Under the pieces are notes generated by a model that was given only the letters and a program-made list of their open reading frames with translations, made no database searches and had not been told where the DNA came from. Positions 34,418 to 46,588 of a stretch of 64,000 nt of DNA are shown piece by piece. This DNA is from Carcharhinus longimanus (taxonomy: Eukaryota): positions 35,357,487 through 35,421,486 of the forward strand of contig JASCQW010000072.1 in assembly GCA_030264375.1 (NCBI GenBank), in the 5' to 3' direction. The first letter of the stretch is position 1. The number at the start of each line of letters is the position of its first letter. The position numbers and the translations under genes were made by a program.

Positions 34418-37135
34418 AAAAGGACACCAGAGTCTAGTGTTTTGAACAAAAATGCTCACATGACAGATTGTGACACCATGAGGTTACTGGTCTCTTTCTT
34501 TTTCTGACCCCTTTGTGACTCTGTAATCTTTGGCTTGTCTCACTTAAAGGTGTAAGCTGGCGGAAATGAGGAGAGGATAGTTAAATAAACTGTCTCTCCT
34601 TTCCTACCAACATTCTTTCAAACCACCAAAAGATTGTTCCACTTTAGGTTTCTAACTAGTGTTGGGAATACTTTCATTCTTTTTTGCTGCTCCCAGGCTT
34701 GTGTACTGTGACATGAAATACATTTGCGTTTTATAACATAGTTTCAGTAACAGGTAACAAAAATTAAATTTTAGCAGTGGGTCATTCAAAAGGTTATTTC
34801 CTCTGACGGTTATTTTGGGTTGCCTAGTCTAATCATATTATTGGTTCCAAATATTACAACAGCCTACCTGGGTTTTTGAGAAATAGATGATCTGATATGA
34901 GCAGAAAGCCCTGACAGAAGCATTTCCTATAATGGAAATAATCAAAAGCAAATGTGGATGTATTTTTGAATTGAAACAACTATTTCTATACTACAGAGAT
35001 TTGCATCAATTAAGCTTTAATTAAGAAAGAATAGAGTGAAAGGTTTCCTGTAAAAATTTCTATTTACAACAAAAGAAACTTCCAATGCTCAGGTGTAACA
35101 CCATTTCTTCAATTGGCATTGCAATACCTGCAGCCTGTCAAAAACTTGAGAGATATTGTATGCTGTTTCAGCATCACAATATTATCCAGTTCATCATCAA
35201 GTTAACAATCAAGAATTTTCCTTTGTTCAAAGTTCAGATTGACAGATAGAAATTTTCTGTTTCTATAAACTTAAATTGCAGCCAGTTTCACGTAAGCAGA
35301 GCTCCAACAAATAAACTTATTCAAGTTCATTGTCACTATAAGTAATTCCAATGAACTAAATCCTTTTTCATTCATTCACATTGTTTAGAATTCCAAATCT
35401 GGCTCCATTAATTCCCTTCTTAGGATACCAGTGGCCAAATATTTTGCTAATAGTGCATTGTATTCCAAAAGACATAATCTTATCCCATTTGCTTCCATTG
35501 TTAAAAAGAATCATCTATATGTATTTACCTTTACATTCATCATTCTGACTTCAACAAACACAGGACGAAAGAAGCCCAGCCAGGAACATGCTTAGCGGGA
35601 CTTTCCAGACTCGCTTGCTCCAAAACTGGAAAATCAATCCCGAGATCAATGGACCTTTCCATGGTCCACCCCTCAACCACTCCAATTCCTGTAGCATGCA
35701 GGACAGTAAAATTCTCCATTACGTTTCTGTGCAGCACAGTAGTAGGGATTTTCCCTAGTATTGACAGGGAATAGCGGCACTGAAGCTCCCAATGGCAATG
35801 GTAGCTTTCTCCATCATATAATGCAGCACTTTTTTTTAAAAAAGGTTCAAGTCATTGGCTCCACAATATATCATCAGCCTCCAATTCGTCCACCCTGACA
35901 GCAACTTAAAAGTACAAGATTTGGGATGCCATTTTTAAAGGCCGCTCCGGAACACAAGCTGCAAACCAGTTCATTTTAGAATCCCTTTGGTAGTGCCTGG
36001 GCAGTACCCTTCTTCCACTGAGCATTGCACTCATCTGAGCTCCCTTGGGAGGTCTGCTCACTAGATGCACACCTTTGGCGATCTAGTTGTGATCCATACC
36101 ATTATGTCATCACCCCACTATGAATGGTTTTTCTCACAGTGGGGGTTGATTCTAGTCAATTCATTTATTATAATATTTCTGACATTGAATGTCCGGAAAT
36201 GCATCCTGTCACCGATGGAGGGAGGAGTCAATCACACCACACATTTACGCCAACATAAAACATGACTTTGCAGTTCTCACGATATTTTTCACTCTCATTA
36301 CTGAACCTGCCCAACAGGAGTGGAAAATCCTGGCCAGTGTCTCACTTTGTCCACATGAAAAACAGTACAAAACATTCCAACCTTTCTACATTTCTTTCCA
36401 TATCACCGAAGATTGCAATCAATGTTAGAGCTATTACCAACAAATACAGATTTTTTTAGTACTATATTTTATTGTTATACAGTTTTTTTTGTCTCCTTTA
36501 CTCGAGTGTTCCTGGATGACATGGTGTTGAAGCCTGCTGTGGTTAATTCAGCTGTTAGGAGCTGTGCAACTGGTTGACTTCTGGGTGATTCTCCTCTGAA
36601 TAAAGTCTGATTTCAACTTGGGCTTAACCCTGTGATGCCAATATAAGAAGTTAAAGTGAGGCAGGGGGTTATGTTGCAGACCTGTATTCCATCACTTTGC
36701 AGCCTAGTGTTTTGGTGGCAACTCAAGTTCCCAATATGGAGATCAGAAATTAAAAGGTTCTTATTAACATTTACATAAACAGCATGTGGAACTTGCAACA
36801 CTCAAAACAGAAATATATGTTAGTAGTGTAGACTAATACTGTAGCTACATATACCTTAATAGTATGAGTTTTATTTTATATGCAATGCTTATATACCATT
36901 TATTCTAGCAGAGGTCAATATTTAAGTTTGTCATCTTCCCTATAAATGGGGCAGTGTCTCCCTTTGTTTTCAGAGCGAAACCCTAATTTGCGTTACAAAC
37001 AGCTCTTGTTCTTATTGGGCTATCAAAACTATCAATAACTCCCATGAAGCTTCACTGTCTAAAATGGCTAACTATTTTTCNNNNNNNNNNNNNNNNNNNN
37101 NNNNNNNNNNNNNATAACCTTTGTTTATTTTGTAC

Positions 37136-37539
37136 AATAAATATTGGAAAGCAAAAAACTAGAACGTGACTTGTGGGGGTGGGGGAGGATGGGGTAGTAT
37201 GTCCAAACTATTTATCACTCAGTAAATTGATTTTATGATAGCAAATATTAAAATTGGGAAAATCAAAACCAGATTGTGGCAAACCAATACTCTTGCCACT
37301 TGAGTTTGGAGGCACTGCGTGGTGTTTAATTCTGGTTTGGGTAGTGTGTCTTACTTTGCAATACTACACAAGGTTAATGTTATTCACTCCTGAATGCTCT
37401 ACTGCACACTGCATTCTTTTAGAGCAGACATTCCAGCATTATGCACTCATCGGCTAATAACGTTTATTGACCAATGTCTTCCCAGCAGTATTGTATGTTA
37501 CCTTGTTATTCTGGTGTGCACTTTACTGTTCACAATAAA
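37136..37539 (+). promoter_or_regulatory. Candidate NRIP2 polyadenylation signals (AATAAA at 37136-37141 and 37534-37539)
   Basis: Canonical hexamers about 2.7-3.1 kb downstream of the stop, in AT-rich UTR-like sequence. Which one is used, if either, cannot be told from sequence. Confidence 0.4.
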
Positions 37540-38587
37540 TTGGTGTTGTCAAACAGCAGAGAGTAATTGAGCTTCTGTTTTTCGACTTTAACAATCTCAC
37601 TAGTTTGCATAGGAATTAACTTACATTAAATGGTTTTTGGAATTTAATAACACAGGATATATTTTACAAATATACAAAGAGGTGTACAAAAAAATCAGAA
37701 ATATTGTGTTGTATTGGGGCAGGTAGGTAAGTATAAAAACACATTCAGATTTGTTCAGCACTGTCTCAACAGTAGCAGACAAATCAACTGGAGTGATTCA
37801 CAGCACACCTCAGTTTCTTACTGGGAGCATCAGCAATCCAGAAATTAAGCAGTATTTATGGTGATGTCTGCTGAGTTTTGTGCACAAGTCTCAGAACTGT
37901 GGGAGATGGGATTGGATTCAGTACTAACTGGAAATTTCAACTGCTAACTTCACCACTGGCCATACAAATGGAGGTACCAAAAGTTGGGTCCAGTGAATCT
38001 TTGTTAAATCTACAGTCAGCCATGTATGAACAAATGGGCTAATTCAGCCAGCAGTCTTTTCAAGCTTCCATAAGCTAACAGTTGTTCTTTTACTGCTAAC
38101 ATTCTACTGAGCACACTGCATCATATTTTTATCACTGTATTTGCTTGTTCTTTTGCCAGATCTTAGTCTGGTTTACTAAAAAGGATGCATTTGACAGTAG
38201 AAAATGTGTAGTTAATTTTCATTTCCATTAAATCGAATTTTTCAATTTTTCTCTCCTCAGTAAGATGATGCTGAATCTCTGCCAATACTGCTCAGTAACC
38301 AGCCACTCAGGAGTGAAGCTCAGATTGACTCACTTATACTTTCTCTTTGCTCTTCTGAGGAAGTGATTTGCTCAGATTGAGAACTCAGTATGAAACAAAT
38401 CACAGGCAAAGATCCAAGTCTTACATTCTGTACCGTACTACTGAGTCCTCCCTTTCCTGCAGCAGATTTTCCTGTCCTCGCTCATGGAGCAATTGGGTCA
38501 TCTATTGCACTGAATATAAGAATCCATTAGGGGACAAATTTGACATACATTTATTTAAACAATAACATTTTAGTGGGTTCCATTGGG

Positions 38588-39112
38588 GTCATAGAGTCAA
38601 AGCAGTACAGCACGGAAACAGTCCCTTCAGCCCAACTAGTCCATGCTGACTTCCCAGCTAGTCCCAAATTGCCTGCAATTGACCCATATCCTTCTATTCC
38701 TTTCCCATCCATGTATTTATCCTAATGCTTTTTAAATGTTGCTATTGAACCTGTCCCAATCACTTTCTCTGGCAGCTCATTCCATATACGCACACTCTCT
38801 GCATGAAGAAGTTGCCCCTCCGTTCCCTTTTAAATCTTTCCCCTCTCACCTCACGTCAATGTTGCCTAGTTTTCAATTCCCCTATCCTAGGATGAACACA
38901 CAGTATCTTTTTCCTATCTATGCACCTCATGATTTTCTACACCTCAATAAGTTCCCCTCATTCTTCTACATTCCAAGGAATAAAGCCCTAATCTGATCGC
39001 TCCCTATAATTCAAATCCACTAATCCTGGCAACACCCTTATTAATCTTCTTTGCACTCTTTTCATTTATCAACGTTGTTCCTATAATAGGATGATCAAAA
39101 TTGTACACAGGA
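38588..39112 (-). mobile_element. CR1 3' fragment
   Basis: catagagtcaaagcagtacagcacggaaacagtcccttcagccca tail and reverse ORF2 C-terminal pattern. Confidence 0.7.
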
Positions 39113-41977
39113 TATTTTCCTCCCTTCCTACTTTGCCTGCAATCGTCCAGATGATCAAACAGCCCCAGGTGCGAGAAAAATCACATAGAAGATCCACCAC
39201 CTGTTTTTTATTGTTTGGAAATATGTCAAAAGCACAGAGTGAGGTCAAGCACCATGAGAATGCTTGAGCCAGAACTAGCTGCAATAAAGAACAGATTGAA
39301 CAGATATGCATGGATAATATACAGGAAATAATGACCACTGGGTCATTAATAAAATAATGACCCAGGGGAAATAATGATCAACTGGGCAGTAAGATAGATG
39401 TGATCAAATTAATATGAAATGGAGGAACACAAATGAAAATGAACAAGGAAAAGTCTAAGGGTTAACAGGAAGAAGTCTGCTACCTCTGGGATTAGAGCAT
39501 TGAATTATACTCATGGTTTTGAAGCCAATTGAATTCTTAAATCAGGGACAGCCTTTCAGCAAGAGCATGTTGCCTGATTGTTTGATAAGTTACAGAAAAT
39601 TGCCAGTGCAATATCAATTGCAACAGATGTCTAATGTGACCTGAAACCACTACAAATTCGATGCACTATACCAATAATGTTGACGTAATATGGCCCAAAA
39701 TTTTACTTGGTCAGTAAGTGAGAGTTCCGAGGTTAGGCTGATGGGTCATAAAATTGAGGTGGCTTGCACCTTTGCGTTCTGTGGGGTGAGTGTGGGCTGG
39801 TTGGGTGAGACATGACATCATAGTGAAAAGAGCATTACGTCACTGGAAAAGAATTGAAGGTGAGTGCGGGACCCCACAAAGTACAAGTCCATCACTGCTA
39901 CTGGGTTAAAATAGTGAAAGAAGTTGTATTTAACTGATTACAAGCTTAGATTTGCTAACCCTTATGGATTGTAGGTAGAAAAAAAACTGACCAGGATAAG
40001 GGTTCCAATATTTTGAATCTTGGAAAATAATGATTTGGAGTGAATCAAGTGCAGATAAGAAATATTTGGAGACACTTTTTCCCGGCCCATTCCACTCCTC
40101 AAGCATTCATTTTCTTGTGTACAGTGCATTTGTAATGGCGGAGGATCCTACATGCACAAAAACTAAACATCATGGCTTAAATTGTTTTACGCCCTGTCTT
40201 CCTCACTGCAGTGGCATAAAGTGATTGCCAAAAGGAATTGCTGAATACAAGTTTAACTATAATCATCCCAAGAAATCACTTCTAACAAGTTGTTTTTATA
40301 TATCAATGTGACAGCTAATGTAGCATTTCTAATAACAAGTCAGAGGCTACAAAGGGACTATCTTATTAACTAGATTAAGGTGTAGCGATGGAGTTAGGAT
40401 CTAAAAAAAAATTGGAAATATCTTTGTAAGAGATCTTCTGTGTGATGGTGCTATTGTTTGGTTCCAGGGAAAAATAGAGGGAGTAAACATTGTACACTCA
40501 GTCTATTTCAATCATCTGTGTTTTTCATGGCTAGATGAACAAGCATCGAGATGGGAGTAGCCTGAGGGACAAAAAGAGCTATTTACTAAATCATGGAGCA
40601 TTCTGGAAACAACATCTCTCTCACTCCGAGGCATTGTGAGTCTAAGAAAATACAATTTTAATCCATTAACAGTTGGCTACAATGTATCTGGGTGTATAAG
40701 TGTAAATTACCATTGGTAGTTTTTGATCATTTCCTAATGGATACAGATATTTCCATTTTTGTCAAAATAAACTTCCACACAGTTCTGTTACTAAATATCA
40801 TAAGTAATTATTTCTAAACCAGGATGTGCCAGAGGGTTAGTAAATTACCACAAAATTAAAGTACAATATTAATACAAGTAAAGACTATATTATAAGACTA
40901 GATTCAAAATGAGTCAGTAAAACAGCTGAAAATTATGACATACGCTGTAGTCAACAGAAAGCAGAAACAGGCTCATGGCTAGATGCAGAGTATATTTTGT
41001 CAATGGGGTCACTGGGATATAAGTTCTTGGTAATGGTTGAAGCTAAAATATGGCAATTTGTCTATCCTATCAGTCAGATGAACTGAATAAGAATGCAGGC
41101 TAGCAAATTCACCACAGAACTAATTGAAATCTATAAATACGTCAGCCATGGATATGCCTTACTTATCAAAACTTTTTTTTAGTGATTGGAATTAGAGATT
41201 CAGGCATGATTAGGTCCCATGTATCAAGCCCTGACTGCATGCAACCAATGAACTGCATTTTCCTATCATATTGTAGCATATGTGTGTTTCATTTTATATA
41301 ATTTATGCAGATTGTTAGCTGCCTTGGCCCTTAACTCTGGAATTTCCTCACTAAACCACTCTGCACTTGCTAAGACCAGCATGGGCACAACCTGATTTTC
41401 ACAGAGTCATGAAGACTCTGAAAATTCCAAAATTACATGAAGTTCCACCCTACTTCCGTCAGATCCTAATTTCACTTGTAGGAAAAAGGAGATCAGTGTG
41501 ATTCACACGCGGGAAACCCGAACTCATCACTGTCATTTGAACTCAGTTCAAGTTCAGACAGACCCCATTCTGGCAACTGTAATGTGTTCAGCGTACAACA
41601 CAGGAATCACAACTTTATGGAGTAGATTTAAAGATTTTTGAAGGTGAATGATGTCTGTATAACTGTGATACAAAAAGAAAAAAAATAGGCTGTGTCAGGA
41701 AGAATAACATTTCACTAAGGGCTCGTCATAAATGCTTGGCTGATTTCCAAAAGCTGTAAGTATCCCAATCCATGGTCTCTTATACCTCCATGTCAACTCA
41801 TGTCAACTTACCTAGCATCCAGTCTGGATGGACCTCAAAAGCCATGTGGAGATGAAAAAAATTCTAAAAATCTAATAAAGATTTCATTATACAAACTTCA
41901 TAGTTCAAAATACTCCCATTCATTTGTTTAAAATCTCAATTGCTTAATCTCCTATTAGAATAAACAAACATCTATTC

Positions 41978-42106
41978 TGGCTCTGACAAAGAGTCTAGAC
42001 TTGAAAACGCTCCACAAATGCTGTCAGACCTGCTGAGATTTTCCAGCATTTTCTGTTTTTGTTTCAGATTGCAGCATCTGCTCCAGCATTGGTAATTTGC
42101 TTTTAT
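41978..42106 (+). mobile_element. Short Penelope-derived insertion with a decayed hammerhead core and 12-bp TSD
   Basis: ctgacaa-a-gagtc-ta-gactt-gaaa (41983-42006), then atgctgtcagacctgctgagattttccagcatt. aaacatctattc occurs at 41966-41977 and 42107-42118. Confidence 0.72.
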
Positions 42107-43965
42107 AAACATCTATTCATATCCAGTGCTGGCCATTAGGATACTGAGTACTGAGGTGATATGGTTAGAAGGGCCACACAAGTAGGTATGGGGTTATCGA
42201 TGGTGTGTGGGTGGGGGGGGGGGTCCTGACTTAGCAGGGTGTAACGGGCCAGGGGNNNNNNNNNNCGCGAAGATAGAGGGGTGAGGTTCGAGGGGTGAGG
42301 GTCTAAAATCTTATTACACAACTGGGATGAAGTCCAGAGAAATGAAATGAGCCTCTTGCATCATTCCACCTCGGCACACTGTGTCCCAGTGGCTGCCTAT
42401 GTTCTGCTTCTAGATTCGGCGGGTCTGAATGTATCCTGCATTTACCCCTTGGAACAAAAAACACCCCAATTGAGGCCTTTTTTCTGAGGCAGGTGTGGTG
42501 AGCCAGGAAGTTTCCTGATTTGGTATCAAGCTTATGGTCATCCGCCTTAATATCCTTTTATATGGCCCAGTGTCAAATTTTGTATGATAACGTTCCTGTG
42601 AAGCACCCCAAATTGTTTTATTATATTAATGGAGTTTCATGAATACAAGTAGTTGTTGCCGTTCTAAAATATGGTTTAAAATGGAAATTTCGTTTGAGAA
42701 ATTTGCCTTGCAATAGCTGCAGTATGAGCCAGCCTTCATTATGACAGTTGAAGTCAAGTTTGTTATTTAAACTATTAAAAATCATAGGGAACGAAGGATT
42801 AGTATATAAAAGGCACATATTCCAGCTATTCTGGATATTAGAATAGGTTTCATACATCACTCAAGCTTGGAGGTTCTTTTTCATGCAATATCAATGTTCA
42901 AAGCATGGCCTTGAAGTTCAGATGCAAAACTAAGCATAGTTTTCTGCATCAGGATTTCTGCTGTATATTTTTGGGCTGTGAAATATCTTAGCGTTAACTG
43001 CTGAGTACCTCTGGAACTTCTCCAAATCTGTTTGTTGTCTGGGCAATCATCAGAATCAATTGTATCTTACATCTGCCCTTGTCGCAGTTATCTCCAGGCG
43101 TAATCAGTTGTTGTGCTATCTAATATTTAATGAACTTATGTAAAAACAACATAACCACCTCTGCCCTGCCCTGTTCTCTTTGGGGAGACAATCAACTCTT
43201 ACCCCGAATGCTACCTGACATGTTGAGGGTTTCTAAAATGTAATGATTTTACTTCAAATTTCCAGCATATTGCCACATAAAAAGGGTTGAATAGCGAACA
43301 TGTAATTCCCTCCAGGTGTTATAGATATAATGCTATGGTAACACTGGAAGACTGGTTTCACATATCAGATTAATTGAAATATGACCTGCAAACGCAGTGG
43401 GATATATTTTTTGTATGGGTCTTGGATTGGGCAACATATTATTAACATTCAATCATTTTTGTGTTGCCTGATTTTAGATTATTAGCTTCATTTACAAAGT
43501 ATGGGCAATCTTCTTTCCTGAAAAATATTGGTATAATTTCTGCCTTAATATGACAATTGAACCCCCCCCTCTTAGCAGGAGTAGCTATCTTAATTTGTGT
43601 AATTTTATACAGAACAAAAATATATGTGATAATTAATAAGCAAATAAAGACCAACAGAATTATGATATCAAACATAATACAGACATGAAGACTAAGTAGT
43701 CCTACTCCACAACTCTACATTCAGCTAACTATTTTTGAAGGACTTGCTGTTTTAGTGACAGCCTGATGCAGTCTGCATGCAGGACTGCACAATTTAATAT
43801 TGGCTTTGAACAGGTATTAGATTCCATATTTGCACAGACAAAAGGTTGAACACTTGTTTAGGCACAGGTTAGATATTCCCTGTTGGCACATTTACCAGTG
43901 TGACAGGTGGCACGCTTCAGCACCACATTGCAGGTCAGCATGTCACCTTCTGTATTAGACACTTA

Positions 43966-44992
43966 GGGCCCGATTTTACCATTGTGTCACGCCTGTTTTC
44001 AGGTCCAAAAACTTGGTAAAGTCATACATAAGAACATAAGAAATAGGAGCAGGAGTAGGCCATCTGGCCCTTCGAGCCTGCCCCGCCATTCAATAAGANN
44101 NNNNNNNNNNNNNNNNNNNNNNNNNNNNNNNNNNNNNNNNNNNNNNNNNNNNNNNNNNNNNNNNNNNNNNNNNNNNNNNNNNNNNNNNNNNNNNNNNNNN
44201 NNNNNNNNNNNNNNNNNNNNNNNNNNNNNNNNNNNNNNNNNNNNNNNNNNNNNNNNNNNNNNNNNNNNNNNNNNNNNNNNNNNNNNNNNNNNNNNNNNNN
44301 NNNNNNNNNNNNNNNNNNNNNNNNNNNNNNNNNNNNNNNNNNNNNNNNNNNNNNNNNNNNNNNNNNNNNNNNNNNNNNNNNNNNNNNNNNNNNNNNNNNN
44401 NNNNNNNNNNNNNNNNNNNNNNNNNNNNNNNNNNNNNNNNNNNNNNNNNNNNNNNNNNNNNNNNNNNNNNNNNNNNNNNNNNNNNNNNNNNNNNNNNNNN
44501 NNNNNNNNNNNNNNNNNNNNNNNNNNNNNNNNNNNNNNNNNNNNNNNNNNNNNNNNNNNNNNNNNNNNNNNNNNNNNNNNNNNNNNNNNNNNNNNNNNNN
44601 NNNNNNNNNNNNNNNNNNNNNNNNNNNNNNNNNNNNNNNNNNNNNNNNNNNNNNNNNNNNNNNNNNNNNNNNNNNNNNNNNNNNNNNNNNNNNNNNNNNN
44701 NNNNNNNNNNNNNNNNNNNNNNNNNNNNNNNNNNNNNNNNNNNNNNNCCACTTTTGACTCCCGGGCCACTTTATCCACTTTTTGCATCCCTGGAGCAACG
44801 TGACAGGGGCACGTTTCTCAAATTTTTTTCCACAAAGCTCTGATCCTTGCTGCAATGTTTCAGGTGCGATAAGCCCTGCCAATGCGTAATTCAGACAAAG
44901 TGCATATGGAGGCGCCTGAGAGCAATTTTCCAAGTCAGATCTGAATTGCGCCCAGATTCAGCACTTAGAATCAAAATGGTAAAATCGGGCCC
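43966..44992. mobile_element. PIF/Harbinger MITE with perfect 18-bp TIRs and TTA TSD, containing a young CR1 3' end (~44026) and a gap
   Basis: tta|gggcccgattttaccatt ... aatggtaaaatcgggccc|tta; TWA TSDs are characteristic of PIF/Harbinger. Confidence 0.9.
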
Positions 44993-46380
44993 TTAGACAT
45001 CCATTTTATCCCTGTCAAGCAGATGCAGTACAAAGTGCTTTGGGCCTATAAGACAGAAGATGTCATTCTTCAATGAATGCAAAGCATAAGAGCTGGAGTA
45101 GGCCATTCAGTTCATTGACCTGTTCTGTCATTCAATTAGATCATGGCTGATCATCTACATCCATTCCATTTTCCCATGCTATCCCATCCCATATCCTTTG
45201 ATCTCCATTTATTTATTTCTGTCCTCAACATGCTCAATAATACAGCTCTCTGGGATAAGGAATTTCAAAGATTCACCATCATCTGAGTGAAGAAATTCCT
45301 CCTCATCTCAGTCTTTAAAGACGAGCCCCTGATTGTGAGACTGCAATGCACAGTCTTAGCAAAACTTAGTTCTACAAAATTGGTGGGGGGAGACAGGAGG
45401 GAAGCCAAATCACAGGTCTGAATTGCGCTGTGGGCGGGGCTTATTGCACCTGAAACACTGCAGCAGGGATCGGAGCTTTGAACTATACATGTGCAGTGGA
45501 AAAAAATTTGAAAAATGCACCCCTGTCACATCGCAAGAAGTGGATAAAGTGGCCCAGGAGCAATGATCCCTACAGACATCGCCTCACCCCGATAACATAA
45601 CTGTCCCCCTTATCCACCCACCCCCTGCTACCCAGGCCAATAGCAACACTCTGCTCCCCATCCCTAGCAAAAGCAAATGTAAAAGAGATGCTGGATCCAA
45701 TGCTTGGATATATTTTCTATTTTAAGTATATTTTTGAGAGAATGAGTAATTTCAATCTTATTTTTAAATTACTCATGGGAAAGACATCAAATAAGCAGAG
45801 CATGACAACACAGCTATTTCAACCAACGGTCATGTGAACACAATTGGAAATAGAAACAAATGCATCAATATGAGCCTAATTTACCAAGTGCTATGATTAT
45901 GGCTCCAACACTACATAATGTTATCACTCTTCTATTATTACACACTGCGAGGTAGATTTTTTCGCAATGGAGCCTCAATCACCAAACGAAAATTCAACAG
46001 ATCAGTGGAGACCCTGAAGAAAAATGCTAATCAGAAAGAGATCAACCTTGTGGCTCTTCACTAAGACACTGCCATAATTTGACTGTTTCTCTTACATCGT
46101 GGTGTTCAAAATTATGTTATGGTGTTCAAAATTAATCACACCTAATGATTTATAATATACTGGCTTAGCCATCTAATTAAGCATTCTATTCACATTGGTT
46201 ATTGCTGCTCCACGGTGATCCGTTTTATTGTGATGCTTTAGTTCAGTACGCACATTGGTTTTCACTTTACCTTTCTGGATCCTCTCCCTATCCAGAAAAT
46301 GCAGCTCTCAGATACAAGGTTCTGTAAGCATCACCTGCTCTCAATTCACTGTGAAACTAGTCCTGGTTTACACATCACTT

Positions 46381-46588
46381 GACACTAAGGGGCAATATAG
46401 CGTGACCGATCCACCCAACCTGCACATCTTTGGATTGTCGGAGAAATCTGGAACACCCGGAGGAAACCCACGCAGACACGGGGAGAATGTACAAACTCCA
46501 CAGAGACATTCACCTGAGGCCAGAATTGAACACAGGTCCCTGGAGCTGCAAGGCAGCAGTGCTAATCACTGCACGACAATGCCACCCC
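46381..46588 (-). mobile_element. HE1 V-SINE inserted next to the Copia 3' LTR
   Basis: Reverse HE1 head and V domain (ggcagcagtgctaatcactgcac; ggaggaaacccacgcagacacggggagaa). Confidence 0.85.

Noticed and set aside
37463-37468. Minus-strand AATAAA suggesting overlapping ITFG2/NRIP2 3' UTRs
   Set aside because: It lies 15 kb from the ITFG2 stop and the hexamer is common in AT-rich DNA; nothing else supports it.
43982-44933. Longest ORFs in the track (262-303 aa)
   Set aside because: Artefacts of translating through an N gap; the flanks are CR1 and MITE sequence.
45742-45776. 11-bp inverted repeat atgagtaattt / aaattactcat
   Set aside because: AT-rich and isolated, with no supporting context.
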